Shown here one piece after another: positions 26,367 to 40,320 of a DNA stretch of 64,000 nucleotides (positions are counted from its first letter, which is position 1; each line of letters starts with the position of its first letter). The notes beneath the pieces were generated by a model. It did no database searches. It saw nothing but the letters and a program-made list of their open reading frames with translations, and was not told the DNA's origin. The position numbers were made by a program, and so were the translations under genes. Origin of the DNA: Schmidtea nova. Its lineage: Eukaryota. The stretch lies in the NCBI GenBank assembly GCA_044892505.1, contig CM097883.1, positions 377,270,001 to 377,334,000 on the forward strand, read 5' to 3'.

Positions 26367-27144
26367 TGGTGGTGATTACCATGGTGATGGTGGTGATTAC
26401 CACGTGGTGAATTATTGCTTGATCTCAGTATTGAATGGAATTTATTTCTCGTTCTGTGCCTGTGTGAGTGCTTTTATTGATTTCTGGGTGCAATTTGCAT
26501 AAATATTTGTATGTGTGTGTGTTTGTGTGAGATATTTATATGCTATCCTTATTTTATCATTTTCCACGAGATTACGCTATCGTATTGCTGTGCAACACCG
26601 TGATAGATGATGACGACGACAATGATGATAATAATTATACCGATCGATACTACTATCTCATTTTATAAATAAATCTATTGATTCGTTTCACTTTTCATTA
26701 CGAATCAAACTCAAATTTGCACAATTGATACACCGTCTATAATCGATTACGTTTCTATATATTGATTACTAATTTCTTATTAAAATGATATCTGGGTAGG
26801 TATATTTGCTGAGTAAATTTGGTTTCAGCCGTTTTCAGAAAATTATCTCACCATATGCGGTTGTCAAAAACAATTAAATTTCCTCTTCCTATAATTTTGT
26901 CGAATTTTGGAAATTTAGCTATGTAGACTTAATGTTCTGGTGGTAATGATTCTATTGAGTAATCCCCGTGTATTTTGTCAAATCGTGAAGACGCAAGATA
27001 TCTGAAACGTTGCAAAATAAATCTTTTTACGGCATAAGTTTAAAATTATAATTAAGTGTTGATATAACACAAGTAAAATTGTTGATTTATAAAAAAGTTG
27101 AGAATACTCGGACCACGAGAGGTCAATTTATTCAAAAAATAAGA

Positions 27145-27250
27145 TACACACTTGATAAAAGCTGTGCCGAAATATTGTGTTATTGTTTATAAAATAAATT
27201 TTGATCTAAAGTCATCATTATGGGAATTATTGATAATAATAATAACAAAA
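27145..27250 (+). repeat. Solitary HHR repeat unit with (AAT)n tail
   Basis: TACACACTTGATAAAAGCTGTGCCGAAATATTGTG...; one mismatch in helix II. Confidence 0.85.
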
Positions 27251-28134
27251 GAGGTCAATAAACACAAGTTAAAATAGTAATTCAAGTGGTTAATATTACC
27301 TACTTAGTGCTTGTGAGTATCTAACTTTGACTTTAGTTTTGAATGTTGTCTGTCAGTCAATAAATTAGATTCTTGTATCGTTAATTTAGATAATATACCG
27401 TGAATGCGTGACTGGGAACATCCAAGTTGGTACTGAATATCTGTGGTTAGTAGGATACATCTGTAGTAAGATAGCTTATCGAACTTTGCTTCCACATCTG
27501 CCGATTAATTACCTATCTCGATAGAAAGCATCTTTGTTTTATCCTACTGTGGCATGGATTGGTTCCTCACTTGTGTGTGCTTCCAATTTACTTTTTCATA
27601 GCTGCTGATTATTTGGGTTAAATAACGTCAATAAATTTGTGATTCCTCGTGTATCCTAGATAATTACTTTGATAATGTGTACCACGGTTCTTGGAACTTA
27701 AAGACAGGAGAGGTGCGTTGCCAATAATACTATTCTCTTAATTTAGTACAACTTAATTTAGACACTTAACTACTAATAATTTATTATTTTATAATATTAT
27801 TTAAATCTTTTTAAAACTGAAAATTAAATACTATTTCTATTTAATTATTCTCATATACCTATTTGTAAAAGACATTAGCGAGTGTATATTTCGTATTAAC
27901 CTTTTTCTATTATCAAATTTTACTTCATAGCTCCTTTCGTCTATTTGTTTTATCACTTCAGAAGTCCAAAAATTTCTATCATCGTCTTTGTTGTTATCAT
28001 ATTTTTTATAGCACTTTGTCTCCTACTTCTAATTTTCTCTGTTATTCTGCAAAAAACTTATATTATCAACTGACATATTTGTAAACCATTCTTTATATAT
28101 TCTTTTACCAAACACTCTTTCACATAGAGTTTGT

Positions 28135-28578
28135 TTAATTGTTTTCTGAAATGTGAAATTCAACATAAACTCGACTTCTGGTAATAACTCTACCCAGTTC
28201 TTGTGATCTTGATCTTTTAAAGTGATAAGGGGGATGATTGCTGTACGTGTCTAGAAATATAGCAAGACCTTTGAAATAATCTTGGCTGTTAAGGTTTTCT
28301 GTATACCAAAACACTGATCCATCTCCAAATAATGTATCCGTGTCTCCGCGAAATTTGAAATTCAAATGAATTTTCCAATCACGCATTACATTGCGATTTA
28401 AATTAATCGTTCCTCCAATTTGACTTTGCTGATTACTTGTCAATCTAATATAGTCATTTGTCATTACTGAAGTTCCGAAAAAGGCCCATGATTTTTCTAG
28501 ACTGTATTCCTTTTTCAGAAAGAATTCCCCACAAAAAGTGAAAGAAAATAATGACAATAATATGTTGATTAATTTCAT
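28135..28578 (-). pseudogene. LMAN2: Truncated L-type lectin (VIP36/LMAN2-like) N-terminal fragment
   Basis: Signal peptide, FLKKEYSL, YIRLT, RDW.I.LNFK, LFGDG..FWYT, FKGLAIFLDTY; lacks the GPVFG loop; reads into unrelated sequence after DTYSNH. Confidence 0.8.
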
Positions 28579-28954
28579 TATTTAAATTTGAAGTGCAAAA
28601 ATGTATTTATTCCAACAAAATCCAACAGTCACAATTTTAAATCAAAATATTCAGAATTAAAAAAAAAGTAATTGCGTAAAACAAACGCACACAATAGTCT
28701 AATTATCGTAGTTTCTTTTTTAATTGTCTTTTTTAAAAACTTTTAAAGTAATTAATTAGAAAATGTATATAACAATGTCGTTACAGTTAGGAAATGAAAT
28801 AAAAATTAGAATTGAGACATTTTATCAAATGATAAATTTTAATAATTGTGGATTTGATTTAATAAATTGGAATTGGGAATTTATCGCTTCGTTCATATCA
28901 TAATAAATTCGGTTTTCCATATACATGATTTGAAGACTATTCTGTAGCTTCAAT

Positions 28955-29105
28955 TATCACCACCTTGATTGTTTTTGGAGTTGACTCGTCATTAAAATGA
29001 ACTGTTGAAAATCTAATAGCACTGAAAAAAGTGGAAGTTTGAGGCAGACCATGTTCCTTTAATATTTTGAGACAAGCTTTAATATCAATCTTTTAGACCA
29101 CTACA
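28955..29105 (-). pseudogene. CYRI/FAM49 C-terminal fragment
   Basis: IDIKACLKILKEHGLPQTSTFFSAIRFSTVHFNDESTPKTIK resembles the recalled FAM49 end [37 protein letters not shown]. Confidence 0.65.
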
Positions 29106-29900
29106 AATGGTATCTCTAATTGGTCGGAATTGTCTTTCAATTAAGCCATTCGCTGAATGATGCACGGGCATAAATATATAATTTTAAAAGTGTGATCCTA
29201 CACTAAATTATCTATAGCTTTCCACTCAAATGCTTACACCTGTCACAATGTAGAAATCTCGATGCTTTATTTTTTTAAATCCAATTATCTTTTAAAATTG
29301 TTGTAACGGTTTTTTTGTCTTGTGATTTTACTGTGTGTAGTTCCGCATATTTACTAAAACTATGGATAATTCCTACGATATATTTTATTCCATACTAACC
29401 TCTATTTTAGTGTACCACAAAAATCTATAAATATTGTTTCAAATAAACCTGATTTTGGCATTTTAAAATTTTTCTCCTTAGTCTATAACGTAGCAGCTTT
29501 GCTTTTTTGATAATTTTCACAACTTTACATCTTGGATCATTCGTTTCATGTGTCTCATTGAAAAAAATATTTGACACATATTTCTCAATTTTCACTGGTT
29601 CAGCATGACACAGTTTCTTATGATATCTTTTAATAAATTTAATTATTTTATGATCCGGAATCCATATTTTATTTTTTTCTGTCAATTTTATGCCGTTCTT
29701 TATTATGAATTTGTTACCCTCCTCTTGTTTTATGTTGTTTATGATTTCTGTAATTTATTTTCAATTCCTTTGCCATTTTTGTTATGGGTTTTGCTATCAT
29801 TATTGCCAAATCCTTCGTTTTGAGTTTTCCTGTCTTAGGATTAATATTGATGGTTTGGCACTGAGCACACGTCATACATTTACTTCTTGACAATGCATCT
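29105..29900 (-). mobile_element. Degenerate LTR-retrotransposon integrase fragment
   Basis: KIWIP...YHKKLCH (H2C2 zinc-binding region) and HHSANGLIERQFRPIRD (core E motif). Confidence 0.65.
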
Positions 29901-30096
29901 GCATCGCAATGTCCTTCTTTTTTCCTTAATGAAATTTTAATTCCAAACTACTTAAATAATTGATCCATGTCTGGATTTGTGGATTTATAGCTTTCATTGT
30001 CTTCGTCATATATATGTGATAGCTTTATGGTCCTTGAGTAATATAAATCTTTTCGAATAAAGATAATGCTTAAAATGGTTTTTGAAATAATAGTTT

Positions 30097-30661
30097 TGTT
30101 GGGGTTGTTAAATAAATAGAAAATTTAAATTAAAAAGCACAAAAACTATGTGCAAATCGATAAAATACGAAAATTGGAAAAATAATAATTTAAGTGCAAA
30201 CGTTAATTAAAAATTTATAAAATTCAAAATTAAAGATTTAGAGGGGAAACTGGTATGGATCCCAAAAGATGAGACAAATTCAGATATTGGCATATATAAT
30301 TAAAAAGGGGTCCCCAGAAGAAAATAATTAATAAATTAACAAATAAATTAAGAATTTATTGGATAATGGGAAACCCGAGTCAGGAGTGACATTTTAAAAG
30401 TTAAAAGTTAAATTCTTTCTTCAAGCGTACCAGAAAGGGAGATCTTCCTTTGGGAGAATTATCCTTACGCTGAGTTAGAAAAGCAGTTCCATAAAAGTTA
30501 TTGTGAAATTTTATGCAGAGACTTGTTGTGTTAGAAATTAAGTCAGAGAATTGTGATAGTTTCGAATAAACTCTTCTGTGTTGGGGTATTTCATTGAATC
30601 TAGTTTAAAGAACACCAAGGAGTTAGACTAACAGTACCAGTTTAACAATTAATACTCAGCA
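30097..30661 (+). mobile_element. Solo LTR, family B (565 bp)
   Basis: TG...CA ends; 4-bp TSD GTTT on both sides; homologous to three other copies in the window. Confidence 0.8.
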
Positions 30662-30688
30662 GTTTGTTAAACACTCATTTCTTGTTAT

Positions 30689-33600
30689 TGTTATATTTCT
30701 ATGGTTATATCTGAAATCTATAACTGATTAAAACTATAATAATACCTTTATGTGATACCAATGATTAAATAAAATAATAATAAAATAAGACCACAATAAT
30801 ATTTCAAAACTTTATTAAATTAAATAATTCTGACAACTCTTAATATTTAAACAACTTAATAATTAAAATATAACTAATGCATGTAATCAATTCATTAATT
30901 ATATCACATTTCTCTCACTGGCAACCGAACGGTACTTAGTTTTCTGATTTCTCGTCGTCCGTAATGGGTAACTTCTCATCGGTTTTAAATTGGTCCTCGG
31001 TTCCCTTGACCAAATACTAGAGTTGGTTGGCTTTAGTCTACAGGAATCGCCCTCGTCATTTACTATTTTTACTTGATTACAATTTCTTCTTATTCTTTTT
31101 TTAGCTTTGTCACTATATAATACTTAGGTCCATTTATCCATTATTTCTTCTATATTATGAATGGCCCAATATACTTCTTCTCAAAACTCTTTCTGTCTTC
31201 ATTCTTTATCATTACCTTATTTCGTACTACCAATTCTTTGTGCCATCGATTCTGATTATATCTTACGGCGATACACTCTCTTTGTCTATCCATATTTTCT
31301 CTTCTTTCTTGTGAATATCTGATAAATTTAGTTGCAGCTGTTGGACGTTATCGTATTAACCTTTATTGCTGATATGGGTAATCTTACTTGATTTCCAAAT
31401 ACTATTTCAAATGGTGAATAATTAGTTGATTTTTGTATTGTAGTTCTATTACCGGTAATACTACACTCCAGTCTTTGCTCTTCTTTTCTTCTAACACCGC
31501 TGTAATCATACTTTTTGCAGTTCCACATAGTCGTTCTACCAGTTCATCACTCTGTGGGTAGTAAGGTGAGGTAAACGTCTTTCTAATTCCTAATATTTTA
31601 CCGTATTCTGCAAACAATCTTGATTGGAAATTACTTCCACAATCTGAGTGCATTTTTCTATTGCTCCAAACTTCAAAATCCACTGCGACCACGCCGCTTC
31701 TGCAATATTGTCTGTCTCGATATTCCTTATTGGTATTAAACTTATATATTTCGTAAAGTAATCGATTATACACAGTATATACCTAAATCCTTCCTGTGTT
31801 GTCTTGAACTGTCCTGTTATGTTGATTGCTATTATCTAAAAAGATTTTTCCCCAATTATGCTTTGAAATGGTACCCTTATTCTACCGTTTCTGTTTTTGT
31901 TATGTGCGCATTCTTGACATTTTCTTATTACTTCTGATATATCAGACTCCATATTGGGCCAGTAATATTCATTCTTTATTATTCGATAGGTTTTTTCGAT
32001 TCCGGGATGTCCTAGAAAACTGTGGAATTGTATTATTAATTCCTTCCTCTTTAGTTTTGGGAGTATCAATCTGTATTCGTTATCCTCCTGGATATCCTTA
32101 GTTTTTTTCTGTGCACCAATATTGTTTGTAATTCTCTGCTACCTTTTCTTATCTCTTCTACGTTTCTGTCATTTTCAGAATCTGAACGTTTCATTCTTTT
32201 AATTATGGTTTGTATGTCGACATTATCGTCTTGTCCCCAATCGTGTTCATGTACTTTCAAATCGCACAAAACCATCTCTGATTCTAGCTCGTCGTTTCCT
32301 GTCCTTTTTACATCTATATTTTCATCGTATACTTTTACGTTTGACGATTCATCGGTTCTTTATGCTTAAGTAAGCATTGTTCACATGGAGGTAACCTGGA
32401 CATCGCATCAGCGTTTATGTGTTCTTCGACCTTTCTATATTCGACAACCATGTCGTAGACTTCTAGTTCGGCTCTCCAAACACAGTATTATGATGTGTTT
32501 GGATTATCCTATTTCAATAACCGTTTCAGCGCTTGGTAGTACGTTTTCACTAAAACTTTGATCTTATCAAATAATGTTTAAATTTCAGCACAAACGTATA
32601 TATTGCCAATAGTTCTTTTTTTGTTATACAATATTTTCTCTGACTCTTACTCATGGCTTTTGATACATAACACAAAACTCTTTCTTCTCTATTTTCTCTC
32701 TGTGACAAAGCGGCTCCGATACTATAGTGCGAAGCGTCCGTGTCCAGTATATATTCCCTTTCCTTATTTGGCAAGGCCAACACCGGTGGCGTTGACAGTC
32801 TGCTTTTAAGTTCGTAAAATGCTTCTTTTCTATCTTAATTCCACACAAAATTATTTTCACTCTTTAACATTGAACTTAATTTTTCTGATGTCGCTGCATA
32901 ATCTTTTATAAATCTACGGTAATAATTGCAAAATCCTAAGAAGGTCTGCAATTCTTTTTTACATGTTGGCATTGTCTATGATCGTATAATCTCAATTTTC
33001 TCTGGGTCAGTTTTTAATTCATTCTCATTGATGACATGTCCTAAATAATTAACTTCTGATTTTAAAAATGAACACTTAGCTGGTGATAATTTCAGTCCTG
33101 ACTCTTTAATTCGGCGTAATACAGTGTTCAATCTTTGATTATGTTCTTTGATGGTTCTCCCAAATCCAAGTACATCATCCAAATATACGACACACTTAAT
33201 CCAATTTTCATTTCTCAAGACCATGTTCATAAGCTTCTGAAAAGTGGCCGGCGCGGAACACAATCCAAATGGCATTCGTGTAAATTCGAATTGTCCATTC
33301 TTTGTGCTAAAAGCTGTCTTCTCCATGTTCCCGTCTTTAATTCGTACTTGGTAGTAATCACTTGATAGATCTTATGTAGAGAAAGACTTTGGTCCTCCAA
33401 GTGTATCAAAAAGATCTTCCGCAGCTGATATTGGAAAAATTGGTCTTGCCGTCTTTGCGTTCAGTGCCCTATAATCGACGCACATTCTAATACTACCCTT
33501 CTTTTACCTTACAACCACAATCGAAAAATTCCACGCTGACTTGCTCAGTCTCACGATTCTAGCTCTTAATAATTCTTGTACCATGTGGTCAACCTCTTCC

Positions 33601-36014
33601 TCCAGACCTATTGGTACCTTCCTCGGTTTAAAAGCAATTGACCGAGAGTTCCTAGTGTCAATTTCATGATGTGCTGATGTACTTTTCCCAATATCCATTT
33701 TATATTTACTAAAAACATCTTTATTTTCTTCTATTGTTTTCATTAACTCCTTTCTTTTGCTATATTTAATAGTACGATCTAAGGAATCTTCTATACTTCC
33801 TAATATTTTATCGACTGCCGTGGTTTCTCCTCTCTGTTCTGATAATGACATACTTTCAAAAGTAGCCTTTTCTTCCATTTTATCGTAAAATCTTTCTATA
33901 TATCCTTCCATCATATTGATTTTTACTAATACATATCCTTTATCAACTTTAAGCACGTAATCACTTATCAAAATTTCTCTCTCTGCCATTTTGACTCTTT
34001 CACCATTAAACACACAACTTTGATTAAGATTCTTTAATCTCTTGTTCTGCTTATCTATTGCCATTCATATGATAAAATACTCTCCGACTGTTTCCATCTG
34101 TATGTTACTTGATACAATAACTCTATAATAATCCTGATAACCGTCCCCCCAAGTCTGGTCTCTTCCTTCAACCGTATTACGACTCTCTATTACAGTTGGG
34201 ATTAGTTTAAAGAAGTCGCTGGAATAGTTTTTGATAAGAATGGCAACCTAATTCATTGGGTCTCTATGCAGTCTTCTGGTGCATTAATGATAATTCCATA
34301 CTTCGTCATACTTCTTATTCTGATATAAACATGTGGGAATATATTTAGCATAATGTCAAATGCATGACTTGTCACAATCGGTCCTATTGCTATATTTAGC
34401 TGTATTTTACCTGCACATTCGATTGAGCTTCCATTAGCACATGTAACTCTTGTTTTTGAATTATACACATTTATGGTTTGATTTACGTTTATTAGTTTAT
34501 CTGTCAACTCCTGGCTGATAACATTTAAATCTGCACAACATAACTATCAAACATAACTTTAACCATCTGATGCCCAGTGGACATTCAGTTATTGGTTTAT
34601 TTCACGCTTTTTCCGGTCTGCTACTAGAGATAACTGTAGACTGGTATTTTATTTAACTGTTTATTTGGTTTTTCCCCTTGATAGTTTATATAATTTGCAT
34701 ATTTTTCTTCTAAATTTTTATTTGGTCTCGTCGTCCTTTTAGCAGAACTTACTTCTGTTATAGTATTTATATGCTTGTAACCTTCAAAATCAGTCTTTGA
34801 TCATTTCGCTGAACCTTCCTCTTCCTCTCCATCTTCTTCTTGGAAATATCTGAATTTACTCCTCTTGTCACAATATCTAGCCAAATGACCAACACCGCAT
34901 TCGTAACATTTAATCGAGTTCATCCTATTTGTACCTATTCTGCAAATCGCTGCTATATGTCCCCTTTTTCCACACTTATAGCAAGTCCTTGTATTAATGT
35001 TTCCACTGTCATCTTTTATAAGGCTAAATCTTGCTATATGCCTTTTCTTATTACATTTGAAACATGTAACCTTTTGCTGATAGGAAGAAATGTTTTCTCT
35101 TACTTCTCTCTGATTTTTATTCAGTTTTCTCAATTGTTCCTTTCTAAATTCTACAATAATCTTGGTCAACTTTTCAATTTCTCTTTTTAAGAAATTTATT
35201 GTCCCTTCGTCCGTTATCACCAGTTTCCTAATTTGATTATACTCGTCTTCCTTTTCTTTTTACGCCCACATGCTCCATTTCTATCTCTTCTATAGCTTCT
35301 TCCAATGCTTTTGGCTCTTTGATCTTCAGGGTTACCGAGAAAGTTTTGTTTCTCACACCTTCTATGAAGGCATGTTTCATCATTCTTTCTTTTTTTCCTT
35401 CGTAACTTAGGCATCGCATCCTTACTCTTTTTTGCAAAATCTACCAGTCTTATCTCTTTCCTGTCTGGGGTCGTCGAGGATATCTATAATTATTCAGGTC
35501 TTTGACATTTTAACGTCTACGATTTTGAGAATTTTTTCTTCGTACCAGTCTATGGTTCTGGTTTTGCTAATGTCTCCTAAGCAATCGATCTCTTTTACAA
35601 TTTTTTCATCAAAGTATTTTAAAAATACTTTAATTTTTCTTCTTTCGTTACCAATTTTTGTTTGGCAAACTGATCAATAAAACTTTTGACGAGAGTTAAA
35701 TGATATTCAATTTTAACGCTGGTTCCTCGCTTTTTGAATATAATCAATTTTGATAACTTATCTTTAAATAAGTATTCCTGCAAGTATTCTTTTTCAGTTC
35801 GTGACGCCATGTTATATTTTTATGGTTATATCTGAAATCTATAACTGATTAAAACTATAATAATACCTTTATGTGATACCAATGAATAAATAAATTAATA
35901 ATAAAATAAGACCACAATAATATTTCAAAATTTTATTAAATTAAATAATTCTGCCAACTCTTAATATTTAAACAACTTAATAATTAAAATATAACTAATG
36001 CATATCAATTCATT
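30689..36014 (-). mobile_element. Degenerate Ty3/Gypsy provirus (gag-PR-RT-RH-IN) with 220-bp LTRs
   Basis: LTRs 30689-30908 and 35810-36014 (the latter clipped); PPT-like GAGAGAAA; three CCHC-type knuckles; RMCVDYRALN, MPFGL, YLDD, DTDAS, HSDCG, YYPQSDELVER; many stops and frameshifts. Confidence 0.92.
35797..35809 (-). promoter_or_regulatory. Primer-binding site, probably tRNA-Ser(CGA)
   Basis: TGGCGTCACGAAC directly after the LTR's terminal CA; complementary to the recalled ...GUUCGUGACG-CCA end of metazoan tRNA-Ser(CGA). Confidence 0.7.
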
Positions 36015-36575
36015 CGACAGGATCAATTCATTCAGTTATATAATAGCATCCGTATCCAATGTGAAGGTTTTTAAAGAATCGGGAAACTTTAATATTGGTG
36101 GATTAATCAACTTATATTTAAGTTTCGTAAATGCACTTTTCCATTTGTATGTCCAAATCAACTTTTACTCTTTGACTCACACAACTTTTCTATGTTCTAC
36201 ATTTGATTCATTATTCGATATTACTTACACCGCAGCAAAATTAAAGCTTAAAACGAGAAAAATTTATTGATTTAAAGACAAAACATTTAAATTGGCAGTA
36301 ATTTTTATTATAGTATCCATCGGAGTCCTTGACCTTCTGAGTGGTTTAAATGTACTAAATGGGCTAATGCATGAAATTCAGCCGTAGATATTTCCCCTGA
36401 TCGGATATATTTACTCATTTCTGCTATCTTGCTTGGTACGGTAGCGAACCATGTTTTATCTTCTGATTTCCTTGTTCCCTCAACTTTGATAGGTCATTGG
36501 GAAGACCCATAACAGGTGGTCTGTCATCCGCTACCTTTCCGTAAGTCGATGAGGGGTATCTTCCGATCTCAAAAC

Positions 36576-37436
36576 TGTTGATTGTTTATCCAAAGAACTT
36601 TATTATTTAAAACTTTGTTCAAAGCAATAAAAAACAGAATTGGAAAAATAATGATTAAAATGCAAACATTAATTAAAATTTACAAAAATTAAAAATAATG
36701 ATTTAATGTAAGAAATTGGTATATAAGGATGTAAAATGATGAGAAGAATTCAAATATGATCATATAAATTTTAAAAAGGGATCCCCAGAAAAATATATTC
36801 AATAAATAAAAATTAATTAAAAATTAATGAATAATATATTAGTTATGTAGAAAACCCGAGCTAATGGGAAGCCCGAGCGATGTGGTAAACCCGGAGAATT
36901 AACAAAATTATTAAATTATTAGAGAGAATTGAATGATTATAGGATGACCCGAAAACAACAGAAAATCCAATTTGCCCAAAAATTAAATAAAACTCTGCGG
37001 TTAACCCCAGTAATAGGACAATTTGATTATTTTGTTTAGAAAACCGCTAAAGCAATTATCAGAAATGAAAAAAGCAACAGGCTGAAGTGACGAAGTCACT
37101 ATATAAACTTAGGGTGAGTTAATAAAATGTCCAGTTTGGTCGAAGAGAAAACTTTGAATCTGAGCGTGTGGTGATGAGTAGAAGTGATATAAAGAAACTT
37201 TAAAAGAGAACTAAAGGTTAAAATCCAAATTAACTCAAGCGTACCAGAAAGGAAGATTTCCCATTGGGTTACTTACCTTTACGCTAGAAGAGCGGAGAGA
37301 ACATTTTATAACTTTTTGTAATCGAAATTGTGTTTGATTAATCTGAAAATAAAGGTTATTGTTTTGGGTTTAATTCATTGTTGTCAAAGAAAGAACACAG
37401 GAGTCAGATACCATCTTGATCCTTTTAAACCGCACA
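36576..37436 (+). mobile_element. Solo LTR-like copy, family B (ends approximate)
   Basis: Shares GGG(G/A)TCCCCAGAA, AA(A/G)CCCGAG, AGCGTACCAGAAAG...TACGCT and GAGTCAGATACC blocks with the other copies; no clear TSD. Confidence 0.65.
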
Positions 37437-38989
37437 GTCTTTAGAGTTGGTTCAGGAAGTAACCAACTCTGTGTGTTACATTGTTCCTGGAAAATTATAA
37501 TTCCTTGGTTTCTACAAAGTTGGATTCCGTTTATAATGGAATAATCTCGGCTAGTAGATCCATTTCTTTCAGTTTCCTCAAGTGAGCGATTTGAAACGCC
37601 AATCGTTGTGCCCATACCTTCCTCTGCTTTTTACGTTTGGACCCGCTGCGTTTTCTCTTTGAAACGGAGTTTGGGACGCTTTTGCCTTGTACATGGCGAA
37701 TGGAGATGGATGGTGTTTCTGCTGAGGATTCAGATGTCTCGGTACCCACAGAATGTTTCGTGGGTTCTTCTTCGGTTCAAGGTTGATAAGTAAAGGGCTA
37801 GATACACGGCGTAGCTTGCACTCAATGAATGATCTCGTCACTTTGTTGAGGCAGTTACTCAACTCTATTTTCACAGCGTCCAGTTCTAGTTGTAAGTCTA
37901 CTGTTGCACGTTTGGCCTACTCTTTGCGCATTATCTGCTCTTTTATTTGATCTGGGGTGAATAGACGATTTCGCAAATCCGTATTCTGTGCCAATAATTT
38001 GGAAATCTGTGATTTCAATCGGTCGATCTCATTCCTTTGACTCCATTGGTCTATTTGAGTACATTTACAAGAGATTGGAGTTCTCGATGCTGATGACATA
38101 TCTTTGATAGGTTAATATCAACGATTGGAAAAGTGGATGACTTTACCAAAAATAATTAATTCGAACATTTTAATATAAGGGAAGTTACTAAATGAAGCGA
38201 AAACCGAAAGATTTGATAATATTATTGAACTAACACAAAAATTATTTATTGGTACAGCATATCAGTGTTAATCCATACACAATGCGGATTTATATACAAA
38301 TATGTGATGGATTTGAATTCCATATCCGATGGGAGCTTTTCCTGAATCAGCTCTCGACATTTTCACTAAAATCTTCTTCTGTCTGCCTTGGAGAGGTCGA
38401 GATGGATTGATTAAAAAGAAATTCAGTTCCTTAAACGTTGATGGTGGGATATAACTCTAGTATAGTATCGCGTGAGGACGCGTCTGCTCGTCTTTGATTA
38501 TGATTAACCAGTCGGAAAATAGTGTCACATACTCGACGTCCATAGATATTGGTCAGCGGGGACTCCCAGATATTAAAATTCGTCCTCATAGCCTTCTCAT
38601 ATGGAAAACTGGTACCGTGACTTTAGCTGAGTACGCCAATGTATCATAAGCGTGTTGGCCTGCTGTAGATAATGAGCAAGAAAGTCATTCAAGGGTTCCA
38701 AAACCCTCTTACGCTGAGCTTTGACTCTATTTCGGGTTTTCAGTATGGTCGATATCTTCTCCTGGAACTCTTGGCCGTCTATTATATCTTCCCAGTCATG
38801 CATTTTATATATAAAAACCTGAATTAACAACTAAATAAGAAATAACTTAAATAATTTAATCCTGACAAAGAATACGGTCAGTTTAAATTTGTTATTTATC
38901 AGGCAAGTTTCAATTTAAAATCCGTTTATTCTCTCCGTCAATTCTCTAGCTATAGAAAAGAAGAAAAATAAATTAGGTTAAAAACACAC

Positions 38990-39460
38990 TTACACAACAC
39001 ACAAAACCCAATAATAAAAAATACAAACACATGGACATAATTTAAGTGACAATCTTTAATTTAAAACATTTTAAATTTTAAAAAATAAAATGATTTTTGA
39101 AGATATTTTAGAACCTTCGTCGAAATCACCAATACCCTTTATTGGACAGGATCAAGGAGAAATGTAATTTACAATTATATTAAAAGACTTAATAAAAAAT
39201 ATTTTTAAAAATGCAGAAAATGAAGTTACTGTGCCTTAATCAGCCGAATCTGCAGAAGGGAAACATCGAAAAACGAAAAATAAATTTTAATTTTTAATTT
39301 GTAACTCAAATTTTCTCAGATATACAGAACATGACAGAAATTATTAATAGAAGTAATGAAACGTGGTGAAACAGTATTAAATGCTTACCGCCATATAGCC
39401 CCTTTCTAAACCCAATAGAAAGTTTATTTAGTAAATTAAAAGGGGCTATCCGAAAAGAAG
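38990..39460 (+). mobile_element. IS630/Tc1-like deletion derivative, inverted homologue of 43130-43860
   Basis: ~350 bp similar to the reverse complement of 43480-43830; ends in PPYSPFLNPIESLFSKLK. Confidence 0.6.
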
Positions 39461-39461
39461 T

Positions 39462-40104
39462 TGTGGCAATCAAATGATAAAGTACATTGATTACAAAATT
39501 TGGATGGAATCAGTCAAAAGGTTTGTGGAGGAATAAAAAGAAAGCCCGAGCCAATGGATGAGGAAAACCCGATGTGACAAGTTAATTGCCTTGAAAATTA
39601 ATGTTCCAGACAGAAGGCAAATGACAATTAGCATTTTAACTGCCTCAGAAGGTAAAGTGGCATTTTGAGATAAAAAATCGACGGTTTATTAGCCTTTAGC
39701 TGGCAATTTACCATTTTAACGAAAAAACAAATAAATCAATTCCAAAGGATTTTATATAAAAAGAGAGACAAAAACAGAAGAATCGCCAATACGGTCGAAG
39801 AAAAAAAACGTATCATGATCGAAAGAAATAAAGGAATTGTGAAAAGTAAAACGAGGTCAGTGATAATCAAATTTAGATTCATTTGTTGACACGCGTACCA
39901 GAAAGTGACATCTGCCGTTGGGAGACGTATCCCTTCGCGTCAACGAATAATCTGAAGAGCAGTTAAACATAAGATAATTTATGAAGAACAATTGTGTATT
40001 AAATTGATTATTAATAAAGGTTACTGTGTTGGGTCTTGTTCATTGATTTAAATAAGAACACTGAGGAGTCAGATACCACCGACTTAACCAATAAATACTC
40101 AACA
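39462..40104 (+). mobile_element. Solo LTR, family B
   Basis: TG...CA ends; near-TSD AAGT/AATT; conserved hairpin and GAGTCAGATACC block. Confidence 0.7.
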
Positions 40105-40320
40105 AATTTATTAATTCGTATTTTCGCTTTATTCCCTCCCAATAACTTCTCCGTCTATATAATCAACTTCTAATTAGCTAATAGTTTCCTCCCCTTCCTC
40201 AAAAAACTGATTTTTACACTTGAATGTGATTCAACTTTAAATTAAATTTCATATGTATAATATACAGATATACTTGTATAATATACAAATATACTAGTAT
40301 AATATACTTAACCTAATATA

